A stretch of DNA of 64,000 bases from an uncultured Planctomycetaceae bacterium (GTDB lineage Bacteria > Planctomycetota > Planctomycetia > Pirellulales > PALSA-1355). Made by a program: the position numbers and the translations under genes. Positions 45,549-56,272 of the stretch are shown piece by piece; position 1 is the first letter of the stretch; the number at the start of each line of letters is the position of its first letter. The stretch lies in NCBI GenBank assembly GCA_963785305.1, contig CAWAUV010000006.1, positions 1 to 64,000 of the forward strand, written 5' to 3'. Below the pieces are notes generated by a model, which saw nothing but the letters and a program-made list of their open reading frames with translations, made no database searches and was not told where the DNA came from.

Positions 45549-47898
45549 ATGAATGCACGACGCCGCCTGACGCTTTGCGCGGCTCTCGTAGCGGTCGTGG
45601 CGATGGCGCCGATCGCGCCACGAGCGCGGGCCGAGGAAATTACGGCCGAAAAGGTCCGACTGGCCATCGAACGCGGCCGCGACTACCTGATTCGCAGCCG
45701 CGACCCGAAGGGCACGTGGAAAGACCAAGTGCCTTACACCGGCGCCGTCACCTCGCTTTGCACCCTCGCCCTGCTCAATGCCGGCCTCGAAACTCGGCAT
45801 CCGGTGATTCAAGACGCGCTCAAATATCTTCGCTCCTCGGAGCTCAAGCCCGACAAAGACCACGGAATGACCTATTCCGTGTCGCTGCAAACAATGGTCT
45901 TTTGCGCCGCCGAGCCCAAAAAAGACCTGCTGCTCATCGCCCGCAACGCCAAGTGGCTCGAAAGCAAGCAGATCACCGAAGGCGATCGGGCGGGGGCCTG
46001 GAGCTACCCGGCCCACGGCGGCGGCGACAATTCGAATAGTCAGTTCGCGCTTTTGGCCCTCTACGAGGCCGAACGCGTCGGCGTCGAAGTGAACCCCCGC
46101 ACTTGGAAACTGGCCCATGAGTACTGGCGCGCTTGCCAAAACGAAAATGGTTCCTGGAGTTATTTTCGCGGCCAGCCCGACTCCGGCAGCATGACCTGCG
46201 CCGGCATCACGGCCATGGTCATCACCTCGGGCCAGCTCAATTTGGGCGACGCCGAAGTGAAGAATGGCCGCATGTTCTGCTGCGGCGAGCAGCGCAAAAA
46301 TCCGGCGATCGAACGCGGACTCGAGTGGCTCGCCGAGCATTTCACGGTCGAGGCCAACCCCAGCGCGGGCCGCAGAGCGCCGCAAACCTGGGTCTTTTAC
46401 TACCTCTATGGCGTCGAACGCGTCGGGCGCATGACCGGCCGACGATTCATCGGCAAGCACGATTGGTATCGCGCCGGCGCCGAAAAGCTGGTTCGCGACC
46501 AAGACGACCAGAGCGGCTATTGGAAGGGCGTCGGCTTGTCGGAAGACAATCCCGATATTGGCACCAGCTTGGCGCTCTTGTTTCTGGCCAAGGGCCGGCG
46601 GCCGCTTTTGATCGCCAAATTGATGCATGGCCCCGACAACGACTGGAACCATCACCGCGGCGACATGGGAAATCTCACCGCCTATGTCGAGCAGCGCTGG
46701 AAACGCGACCTGAGTTGGCAAGTGATCGACCCGGCCAAGGCCGATGTCGACGATCTGTTGCAAGCTCCCGTGCTATTCATCAGCGGTCGCGAGGCGCCGC
46801 TCTTTACGCCCGAGGAAAAGCGCAACCTGCGAGATTATGTCGATCGGGGCGGTTTTATTTTCGCCGAAGCCTGTTGCGGCGGCGGCGAGTTCGACGCCGG
46901 ATTTCGCCGCCTGATGGCCGATGTGTTTCCCGAGCCCGAATTCGCCCTGCGGCTGCTGCCGATGGAGCATCCGGTGTGGCACGCGGAAGAGCCGGTCGAT
47001 CCCGATCATCTGCGCAAGCTCTGGGGTATCGATGTCGGCTGCCGCACGAGCGTCGTCTATGCCGAGGGCGATCTTTCGTGCCAATGGGAACTTTCCAAGC
47101 CGGGCCGCGATCTGAAGGCGCCGCCCGAGATCAAGGCCGATATCGACGCCGCGAACAGCATCGGCGTGAATGTGCTCGCCTATGCCACGAATCGCGAGCT
47201 CAAGTACAAATACGACCAGTTCAAGACCCCCACGGTCGTGGCCGAGGATCGCTTCGAGCGCGGCAAAATGTATGTCGCCAATATCCAGCATCCCGGCGGT
47301 TGCAACGCCGCGCCGGAGAGCGCTCACGACTCTCTTGCGCACGGCGGGCGAGAAGCTCAAGATTCGCGTCAGCGCCGAGCCGCGAGACCTGAACCTCACC
47401 GATCCGCAACTCTTCAACTACCACTTGGTGTTCATGCACGGCCGCAACAATTTCCGCTTCACTCCCCACGAGCGCAAGCAACTCAAGCTGTTTCTCGAAC
47501 GGGGCGGCGTGCTGCTGGCCGACTCGATTTGCTCCAGCAAGGAGTTCAGCGAGGCGTTTCGCCGGGAAATGAAAGCGATCTATCCCGACCAGCCGCTCGC
47601 GCGCATCGCGGCGAACCATCCGCTCTTCGGCACGCGCTTCGGCGGCGCCGATCTTTCCGTCGTCTCCCGCCGGCAGCCGACGCAAGCGGGTCCCGGCGGA
47701 CCGATGCGCTCGGCGGTGCGCGAGGGCGAACCGCTGCTCGAGGGACTCACGCTCGGCAACCGCCTGGCGGTGATCTTCTCGCCCTTCGATCTGAGCTGTG
47801 CGCTCGAGTCGCACGATTCGCTCGAGTGCGAGGGCTACACGCGGGCCGACGCCGCCCGAATCGGCCTAAACGTGATTCTGTACTCGCTCTATGAATAG
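45549..47898 (+). CDS. Exported prenyltransferase/squalene-cyclase-repeat protein with two DUF4159-type domains (frameshift near 47315)
   Basis: GDNSNSQFALLAL, QNENGSWSY, YYLYGVERVG; LRDYVDRGGFIFAEACCG and LKLFLERGGVLLADSIC. Confidence 0.8.
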
Positions 47899-47973
47899 TT
47901 GGCCTCGAGCGAGGGTCTGGTTGGCAAAACCGTTTCTCGCGACGAGACCTTTCCGCGGAGCCGCTTCCAAGTC

Positions 47974-48417
47974 ATGCGATTTTTTCTCGCCGGTATCATG
48001 CAGGGCTCGCTTCGCGCGGCTTCGCTACACGATCAAGACTATCGCCCGCGGCTGATCCGATTGCTCGCCGAGCGGTTTCCCCAGGCCGAGATCCACGACC
48101 CGCTGGCGCTGCACTCCGGTTCGCTCGCCTACGACGAATCGCGGGGGCGCGAAGTGTTTTTCGGCCACAACCGGCTATGCGGCGAGGTGGATGTGCTCGT
48201 GGCCTTCGTGCCCGAGGCGTCGATGGGCACGGCGATCGAAATGTGGGAAGCCTATCGCCACGGCCGCTGCGTGGTCTCGATCAGTCCGCTGGAGCACAAT
48301 TGGGTCATCAAATTCTTGAGCCATGTCCGCTATCATGATGTGGCCGAGTTCGAGGCCGCCTTGGCTGATGGCGGACTCGCGAGTCTCATCGAGCGGCATC
48401 GTTCGGCTTCCTCGTGA
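47974..48417 (+). CDS. Nucleoside 2-deoxyribosyltransferase-like protein
   Basis: FFLAGIM, DVLVAF..ASMGTAIEMWEA. Confidence 0.6.
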   Translation: MRFFLAGIMQGSLRAASLHDQDYRPRLIRLLAERFPQAEIHDPLALHSGSLAYDESRGREVFFGHNRLCGEVDVLVAFVPEASMGTAIEMWEAYRHGRCVVSISPLEHNWVIKFLSHVRYHDVAEFEAALADGGLASLIERHRSASS

Positions 48418-48488
48418 CCTCGATTCCGATGAGCGTTTTCCCCGGTTCGTGAACAATTCTTGCCTTCTACACGCGTGCTCGGTCGATT

Positions 48489-50111
48489 ATGTATGTCCTC
48501 GAAAACCCGGTGTTGCAGCGCGAGCTGTTGGCCAATTTGCGCATGCCGCGGGCCTTCGTGCTGATGTTCTTTTACATCGGGCTCTTGGGGCTCGTGGTGT
48601 TCGCCGCGTGGCCGCGCGAGCAAGAGCTCGACCTCACGACCAATCCCGCCGCGGCTCGCCATCTGGTCAATCTGTTTTTCCTGGGGCAATATGTGCTCGC
48701 CTCGCTCATGGCGCCCAGCTTCGCGGCCGGGGCGATCACCGGCGAGAAGGAGCGCAATTGCTACGAAGCGCTGCTCGCCAGTCCGCTGCGGCCGAGCGCG
48801 ATCGTGCTCGGCAAACTGCTGGCCTCGATGACGCATCTGGCGCTGCTGATCGTGGCGTCGGCGCCGATCATCGTGTTGTGTCTGCCGCTGGGCGGGGTGT
48901 CGATCTATGAAGTCGCGGTCGCGTATCTGTGCCTGATTCTCAGCGTGCTCACGTTCGGCATGATCAGCCTCGCCGCCAGCAGCTACTTCCAGCGCACCGT
49001 GGCGGCGCTCCTCGTTTCCTATCTCTTGATCTTGCCCCTGGCGGCCACGGCGATCTGGTTGTGGGGATCGCTCGAGGACTTCGGCTCGCTCCGGCTGCTC
49101 TTGGCGCTGGTGGCGATGCCGATCGGAAGCGCGGCGATCGTGGCGACGTTGTTTTATCGCACGGCCCGGCGGCTGCTGCATCCGCCCGACGTGGGCAGCG
49201 AGGGACGCGAAGTGGTCGACCTGGAGCACGAAGCCAAGTCGGTCGTGGGGCTGGTGATCAAGCCCGATCAGTTTCCCGACCGCTTGTTCGCGCCGTCGAA
49301 GCGCAAGGACCTGCTCGACGATGGGCAAAATCCGGTGTACGACAAGGAAATGCGGAGCGAAATCTTCGCCCACGGCACGCTCATGCTCCGCATCGTGATT
49401 CAAGTGAGCATTTTCCTCGCGGTGCCGCTCATGGGGGTGTGTCTCTTTGTCAAGCCCGAGCTCGCGCCCTATTACATCTGCTATGTGATTCTTTTCAATG
49501 TGCTCGTGGGCCCGGTATTCTCGGCCGGCAGCGTCACCGGCGAACGCGAGCGCGAAACGCTCGACCTCTTGCTCACCACCATGCTCTCGCCCGGCCAGAT
49601 TCTGTGGGCCAAGCTGATCTCGGGCCTGCGAATTTCGAGCGTGCTCACTTTTTTTCTGCTTTGGCCGCTAGCGCTCGCCTGTCTCATGGTGAGCTACTAC
49701 TGGAGCAATCCGCTCTCGGTGCTCGGATATCTATTCGTCGTGGCGGTCACATGCCTGACGACCGCCACGGTCGCGCTTTGCTGTTCGCTCTGGGCGCGGC
49801 GCACTTCGGTGGCGCTGATGACCTCGTATCTCGTGGTCACGGCGCTCTTCGCCGCGCCGCTGGCGATCGAGAGCTTCGCCGCCAACTTCTTCGTCGGCAC
49901 GCCGCTAAGCCGCCTGGGGCCGATGCTCTCGTTCGTCAGCCCCTTCGCCACCGCGTTTGCCCTGCCGATCAATCTGGGCACGCCGGAGGCCTCGGGCACG
50001 ATCGCTTGGAAGACCGTGTTGGCCTTCGCCGCGTTTTACGCATTGCTGATCGCCGGCATGTTGTGGTCGATGCAGCGAGTGTTTCGCGCCCGATGGCGCC
50101 TGGGCGAATAA
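48489..50111 (+). CDS. ABC-2 type permease (duplicated domain)
   Basis: NPVLQRE..AGAITGEKER..IVLGKL repeated as NPVYDKE..AGSVTGERER..ILWAKL. Confidence 0.85.
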   Translation: MYVLENPVLQRELLANLRMPRAFVLMFFYIGLLGLVVFAAWPREQELDLTTNPAAARHLVNLFFLGQYVLASLMAPSFAAGAITGEKERNCYEALLASPLRPSAIVLGKLLASMTHLALLIVASAPIIVLCLPLGGVSIYEVAVAYLCLILSVLTFGMISLAASSYFQRTVAALLVSYLLILPLAATAIWLWGSLEDFGSLRLLLALVAMPIGSAAIVATLFYRTARRLLHPPDVGSEGREVVDLEHEAKSVVGLVIKPDQFPDRLFAPSKRKDLLDDGQNPVYDKEMRSEIFAHGTLMLRIVIQVSIFLAVPLMGVCLFVKPELAPYYICYVILFNVLVGPVFSAGSVTGERERETLDLLLTTMLSPGQILWAKLISGLRISSVLTFFLLWPLALACLMVSYYWSNPLSVLGYLFVVAVTCLTTATVALCCSLWARRTSVALMTSYLVVTALFAAPLAIESFAANFFVGTPLSRLGPMLSFVSPFATAFALPINLGTPEASGTIAWKTVLAFAAFYALLIAGMLWSMQRVFRARWRLGE

Positions 50112-50126
50112 AACCGGCGCCGGCAA

Positions 50127-50175
50127 GAGCCTACTCCACCCCTCTCCCCTTGGGAGAAGGTAGGGCGAGGGGCGA
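50127..50175. repeat. REP/MITE family B, partial copy 2
   Basis: CCCCTCTCCCCTTGGGAGAAGGTAGGGCGAGGGG. Confidence 0.65.
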
Positions 50176-50214
50176 ACAAGTCAGGAAGTTGTTTATTTTT
50201 AGTCCGTTCCTTAA

Positions 50215-50399
50215 TTCAAGTTTCGCGTTTTTTGCTAGCACTCGAATCGCCGATTTCTCGTGGGTTTTGCACAGTTTGACGGCCGAACTGCCAATTTTTG
50301 CATGTTACCGAGAGGCCGAAGGTTGCCGGAAACGCGCCGAAATCGGAGAAACCACGACGAATCGGGCTATCGGAACTTTTGAAAACCGCGAAAGTCGAA
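50215..50399 (+). mobile_element. 185-bp MITE family C, copy 1
   Basis: TIRs TTCAAGTTTCGCG / CGCGAAAGTCGAA; 5-bp target duplication CTTAA (50210-14, 50400-04). Confidence 0.88.
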
Positions 50400-50540
50400 C
50401 TTAAGTCGTCGGGTTATCATTGGAAGGGCCCGCCCGCCGCGTCTTTGCAACAGCCCGCCAAAGATAGCCAGAAAGCCGGTCGGAACGAAAGCGGGGCATT
50501 TTCTCGTGTCGTCTCATCATTCTCTCGACGGGCAAACTCC

Positions 50541-51380
50541 ATGAGCAACGCGAACATGAAATCAGCGGCCATGAAATCAGCGAACATGAAATCAGCGATT
50601 CCAGGGGCAGTGATCTGCTTGCTGAGCGCGCTCGGAACCAATCTTTTCGCGGCCCAGTGGAATGGATACGAGCAACTCGACTTCCAAGTCGACGGGCGGC
50701 AATGTCTGTTGGTTCAACCGACGACGGCGGCGCCGGGCAAACCGTGGATTTGGCGGACGGAGTTTTTCGGACACGAGCCACAGGCCGACATCGCGCTCTT
50801 GGGCAAGGGATTTCACGTCGCCTATATGAATGTCCAGAACATGTACGGTGCTCCCGTCGCCCTGGATCACATGGACAAGTTTTACGCGCATTTGACAAAG
50901 GAATTCGGCCTTTCGAATAAGACGGTGCTGGAAGGCTTCAGCCGCGGCGGACTGTTCGCGTTCAATTGGGCGGTGCGCAACCCGGAGAAGGTCGCGGCGA
51001 TCTACGTCGACGCGCCGGTGTGCGATTTCAAGAGCTGGCCAGGTAGAAAGTCGGATCCTCCCTCGGCCGAATGGAAACAACTTCTCGCGGCGTACGGACT
51101 CACCGACGAGCAGGCGCTCGATTACAAATTGAATCCCGTCGACAACCTGGAACCGCTGGCGAAAGCGAGGATTCCGATCCTCAGCGTTTGCGGCGATGCC
51201 GACCGCGTGGTGCCGATCGACAAAAACACTCGCGTCGTCGAGGAGCGTTACAAAGCGCTGGGCGGCGATATCACGGTGATCGCCAAGCCCGGCGGCGACC
51301 ATCATCCGCACAGCCTCAAGGATCCGGCGCCGATCGTCGAGTTTGTTCTGCGGCACACCGTCGGAAAGGCAAAACAATAG
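50541..51380 (+). CDS. Exported alpha/beta-hydrolase (esterase/peptidase S9-like)
   Basis: GKPWIWR, GFSRGG nucleophile, GDAD, HHPHS. Confidence 0.85.
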   Translation: MSNANMKSAAMKSANMKSAIPGAVICLLSALGTNLFAAQWNGYEQLDFQVDGRQCLLVQPTTAAPGKPWIWRTEFFGHEPQADIALLGKGFHVAYMNVQNMYGAPVALDHMDKFYAHLTKEFGLSNKTVLEGFSRGGLFAFNWAVRNPEKVAAIYVDAPVCDFKSWPGRKSDPPSAEWKQLLAAYGLTDEQALDYKLNPVDNLEPLAKARIPILSVCGDADRVVPIDKNTRVVEERYKALGGDITVIAKPGGDHHPHSLKDPAPIVEFVLRHTVGKAKQ

Positions 51381-51458
51381 CCGTGGAGTTTTGATGCTTC
51401 TCGGGCTGGCGTTCCCTGGTCTTCGGCGCCTTGGATATCCGCCGGCCGACGTCGCGAT

Positions 51459-53959
51459 TTATTCCCGTCGCACGCTCCAGGCGTCGCCACGAATCTCGAC
51501 CACGATGTCGCCTTGCACTGCTTTAGCAGTGACTCCGGGTTCGGTCTTCGTGACCGTTTCCCCAGGCGCCGCATCGCTCGTCGCATCGCGTGGCAACCGC
51601 GCCGACACGCCATCGGCCCGAAAGTCGAAGTGAATTTGTCCGGCCACGTCGGCCGGCGCTGCCCTTCCAGCCACGAGCGGCGCCACCGCCAAGGAGAATC
51701 GCTCCGCTCGGCCCGGTGTCAAGCCTCGCCGCGAAAAGGTCGTGAAAAATCGCTCGGCCGGCCGGCCTTTGGGATTGGGGCAGTGGTAAGGCTGATCGAT
51801 GGTTTCCACGCCAGCGGTTGTCGCGGCGTCGGTCGCGAATCGGACGAGCATCCGCCGCGCGGGCCACGCGCCTTCGGAACACGGATACGCGCCGTCGTCG
51901 TCGCTCGCGAACCAATCGCCACCTTGGCCCGCGAGGGTGTACAACTGCCAGAGTTGGCCGGCCCGAAAGTCGCGCATCGCCGCGCCGGGCGTGAGGATAT
52001 CGTGAATCACGAGCCACCCCTCGGCCGTGAGCACGATGCGGCGCGAGAGCTTGCTGTCGGGCGTGATGTAATGTTCGTGGTCGATGCGGCCAAACGCGTC
52101 GCGGCCCCGCTGTTCCACATGCGCCCCCGACAGACGCGACTCCAGAAGCTGATCGCCCAAGTCGACCTGTTGGCCCAAGCCGCGAATGTGCGCATAGGGC
52201 CGGGCGCCCGAGTATTGCATGTCGAGCTTCAAGCCCGTGAATTGGTTGCGCGAGAAAGGCGCCGCTAGCGGCTGGGCAAATGTCTTCTTGAATTCGGAGC
52301 TTGGCAGCGGGCGCCATGCGATTTCGGTCGAGCCGGCGCCTTCGGTCGAGCGCGAGCTAATATCGATTTTCGTCAATCGCGCAATCCGCGGGTCCCAGCC
52401 CAGAACGCTCTCGAATCCGTCGACAATCCGCGAGCCGCCGGGACCGACGAGCCGCAGATTATCGAACCAAAGCGATTCACAGCCGCGGTTCAATTCGTTG
52501 AAATTTCGTAGCGACCAGCCGGGCGCCAAGCGATATTGCTCGCCATCGGTCGCAAGCCGCTCGACGGGGATCGTCATCGTGTGCCACTCGCCGGGCCGGT
52601 TCCAGCAGCCGGGAAATCGCTCGCCGGGCGGAAGCGCCCACGGCAGGTTGCCGGTGATCGCGCTCCGTGTCCGCTGGCGGCCGAGGTTGTGAAACAGCGG
52701 CGCTCCGCCCACTTCGTAATAAGCGAGCGACGGCCCCTTTTCCGGGTGCGAGTGCGAGCCGGAAGCATAAAGGTCGAAGAGAACCATGGCGTCGTCCGGC
52801 GAGCGGCCAGTCCGCAGGATGAGCTTATCGACATGATCCGCCGAATCGCCCGGCCGGGCTCGATAGGTCACGGTCGACGGATCGCCCTGGGGCGGCGTCG
52901 GCGGCGCTTCGAGAAGCGGCAGACTGATGAGCCCCAGCCCGCGACACCAAAGATCGGGCGGCGGCGGAGCGGATAGCGGACGGCGATAAAGCAGCGCGGC
53001 GGCCCAGCGAAATGTGGCGTCGCGATAGAGCGACGCGGCGTATTCCAAGAGAAACACGCGATCGAGATATAGCGCCGCGTCGCTAAAGTAAGAGTCGCCA
53101 TATTCCGGCACGAGTCCGGTCGGCGAGATCGTGTCGCGAAATCTCGTGAACAGGCGACGAAAGCCGGGCCGCGAGCGGAGATCGTCTTCGTGGCCGAGTT
53201 CTTGAGCCAATTCGACCATGAACACGGCGCCGAGACTGTCGTAGTTTTGCGCGTCTTCGTCGAGGTCGCCGGTTCGCGCGATCGATGCCCAGTAGCGCTC
53301 GAGCCGCTGTTCGAGCGCGGCGCAACGCGCGGCGTCGACGACAAACGACTTCAAATAGGCCGAGCCGAGCATTTGCGCGAGGCGGATATTGTTGTCGGAG
53401 TCGTCGTTCGAAGCGATGAGGGTTTTGGCTTGCTCGGCGGCGAGTGCTTGGATGCGCTCCGTGTCGGCCGGCGCAAGGAGCTTTTGTTGATCGAGATGCT
53501 TGACGAGTCGGCCGAATGCGACGAGCACATGAAAATCGCGAAGACTGAAATCCTTCTCGGCGAGAGCCTGATGCAGAAACGCGAGCGCCTGCTTGCCGAG
53601 CGTCTGTGCGCCGAACTCGGATTGATCGCTTTCTTGAGTTCGGCGGGGCTGCGAATCGCCGGGCGCATTAAGAGCGCCGCTACATCGCCCAGCGCGAGCG
53701 CGTCTTGCGGCTTGGTCGACTTGCCGGGCAAATGCGCTTTCAAGATATCGGCATAGAGTGCCGCGTAGGACTCGGGCGGCAGATATCGCTTCGGCCTCGC
53801 TTCGGCCGCTCGGCCGCGATCGCTCCAGCCCAGCGCGGCCAACAAACCGACAATCGTGGCGAAGATGCTCGCTCGAGCGCCGAATTTGGAATGGAACGGA
53901 GCGCAACTCGGTGCCTCGGCGCCGGTGGTGGACTCGTGACGCGGAAGACAAAGGCGCAT
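51459..53959 (-). CDS. Exported hypothetical protein, possibly heparinase II/III-like polysaccharide lyase (frameshift near 53620)
   Basis: Signal-like segment; helical domain with EDAQNY and PTGLVPEYGDS; later SHSH and a beta-rich domain. Confidence 0.5.
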
Positions 53960-54061
53960 GCGGGAGGGCTCGTCGAGAAATGGAGATTCGATGAATGTCC
54001 GATGTTTCGCGACCGAGCATCGGGAAAACACCAGGGATTCAACTCGCACGAACCATCTTAC

Positions 54062-54246
54062 TTCGACTTTCGCGGTTTTCAAAAGTTCCGATAGCCCGAT
54101 TCGTCGTGGTTTCTCCGATTTCGGCGCGTTTCCGGCAACCTTCGGCCTCTCGGTAACATGCAAAAATTGGCAGTTCGGCCGTCAAACTGTGCAAAACCCA
54201 CGAGAAATCGGCGATTCGAGTGCTAGCAAAAAACGCGAAACTTGAA
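54062..54246 (-). mobile_element. 185-bp MITE family C, copy 2 (inverted)
   Basis: Reverse complement of 50215-50399; own 5-bp duplication CTTAC (54057-61, 54247-51). Confidence 0.88.
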
Positions 54247-54299
54247 CTTACTACCGTCGCACGTTAGCGAAAAGAAGGCCGTGTTCGATCGGCTGTTAA

Positions 54300-54376
54300 G
54301 AGCCCATCCGAGTATTTCGGCGAGCCCTCACCCTACCCTCTCCAAGAGGGAGAGAGCGGAGTTGTCGGAAAGGCTC
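54300..54376. repeat. REP/MITE family B, copy 3 (inverted relative to copies 1 and 2)
   Basis: GAGCCCATCCGA...CCCTCACCCTACCCTCTCCAAGAGGGAGAG...TCGGAAAGGCTC. Confidence 0.7.
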
Positions 54377-54382
54377 CAAGCC

Positions 54383-55060
54383 TTAACGCCAGTCCTTGGC
54401 CGTGATTACCTCGCAGTCCGAGAGGCTTTCGCGGAGACTTTCGATACTTTCGAGATTGGCAAACCCGACTAATTTTAACCGACGGAGTTGCTTTGCCTGT
54501 CGCAGGTCGGCAAGCACGGTCCGTTCCCATGGCTACCTGGACTTGTCGAATCGAGGGCCGAGCGATAAATCGCGCACCTGCGGCACATTATTGAGTAATG
54601 AAAGCACGTCCCATGGCTCATTGCACTTGATATCAATCCGTTCGAGCCGCGGGCACGCGGCAAGGGAAGTAAAGTCGGAGTTTTGAACACGAACATTGAA
54701 AAGCGAAAGCCATTGGAGGTCGGGAAGCGTCGCGGCGATTGCCATTCCGCGAGGGCCGACATCGCAGGAATCAATGATAAGCCTGACGATACCCGCTTGC
54801 CCCTTGATTTGCGCCAATGAAGTGTCGGTGTCTTCGATATCGTAGAAACTGATCGCATTCGATGTTCCCTGCTTGACGTCGTCGATTTGTCGCTGAAGAA
54901 ATGTTTGATTCGACGCGGATGTCTCGGCGGACAAATCGATACAGCCGATGCGCGGCGATATTGCGAAGGGGAGTAACAACGCAATCGTCGCGATACCCGA
55001 GCGGGCTTCACGGCTCGTTGACATTCGACTCCTCCAGCGGCGCGATGACGAACTTGCCAT
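54383..55060 (-). pseudogene. Leucine-rich-repeat protein with in-frame TAG at 54533-54535
   Basis: LPDLQWLSL, CPRLERIDI, PQVRDLSL; the same frame continues past the stop as PWERTVLADLRQAKQLRRLKL..LRESLSDCEV. Confidence 0.6.
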
Positions 55061-55085
55061 TCTTGGCGTGCTTCAGACGCGGCGC

Positions 55086-55836
55086 CTACCCGTCCCCGAG
55101 GGGCACTCCGTCGACGAATTCAACCCGACGCGTCACGGCGCCGGTTTCATCGAACCACGTCCACGCGCCGTGCGCACGATCATCGCGCCACATTCTGCTC
55201 GGAGCAAATCTCGCCATTTTGATGAAATGTTCGGGACATGCCACATCGCCTGTGTTGTGCGTCAAAACGGATCGCTTCGAATTTCGTGCCCTCGCGAGAC
55301 CACTCGGTTCTAACCTGATATCCGTCCGAGTCGTATTTCGTGACATACGTCGCATACGGGCAGTATGATTCCTCGCGCACAAGCACATCGTTGTCCCAGA
55401 ACATCCTCAGTGTACCGGAGTTTTCGATTGCCCATCCGTGGCGTTTGCCATCGTGGTAGGTTGTTTGCCTTTCGACGCGGCCTTGTGAATCCCATTTCGT
55501 CTCCAAGCCTTCCAGTTGCCCGTGGGCCCAATGTCGCTCGCGAATTTTGACGCCGTTTTCGTCGTAGAGCACCGCCAGCCCGTGCTTAATCGGATTCCAG
55601 CGGTAATCGTGGTAGGCGTAGCCGGGTTCACGCATCGCATCCACGCGGCGCTGATAATCCCGAATGTCCTGCTGCGACATCCCAGAAACACAGCGAAGGC
55701 GAAATTCACTGGGGTCTTTGACATCGGTCGGCAAGGGCACGCGCACCAGCGTCAATGCAACGGCGCATCCAGTCACCGCGCAAAACAGCGCCCGGAGGCT
55801 GAATTGACTCATTCGGTTCCGCGGCGACTTGAACAT
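55086..55836 (-). CDS. MORN-variant repeat (YwqK-like) membrane-anchored protein (frameshift near 55195)
   Basis: QFSLRAL anchor; KHG..YDENG, GQLEG..WDSQG, GKRHG, AHGAWTWFDETG repeats. Confidence 0.7.
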
Positions 55837-56272
55837 GCGAGCCACCTTCCGCGATGGAAATGCATGGGGCGATTCGAAGTGGCGCCGTCCGGACCGTCGC
55901 CGAATTCGGAATCGAATCCAGACCCGATAGTCCGCCGGCCGGAAATAAGGCAAAACGCTGGAGCCGGTCCGGAAGTCGCGAATGGAAGAAAGGCTTTTTG
56001 AATCGCCGACGAGGTCGAACGCTCGGACCGGCGGCGCACTTGGAATATATCGAATTTCGATTCATCTTTGTACTTCGCGAGCCGACTTTTATTTTTTCCC
56101 CGCGCGACGGCCCCTGGGTCAGTGGCTTCGCGTTTGACGGGTCGGGGCCACGCAAGCAGAATGAACAGCCGCGAGCGCATGCTCGCTTTGCCGAGCGGCG
56201 CCGTTCCATGTTTACGATGTTCTCGCGCGCCGCGGTCGCGATTTCCCGCCTCAGGTTTGGAGTCCCCGGTCC

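Noticed and set aside
50298..50400. Two ORFs sharing the identical N-terminus MHVTERPK as a shufflon or paralogous genes
   Set aside because: The shared part is the MITE sequence itself, each copy has its own target duplication, and no invertase gene is nearby.
26452..54535. In-frame TGA and TAG as a sign of an alternative genetic code or Sec/Pyl insertion
   Set aside because: TGA (rseP, rplS) and TAG (murE) end conserved genes normally in this window, and neither site is at a catalytic Cys/Lys-type position.
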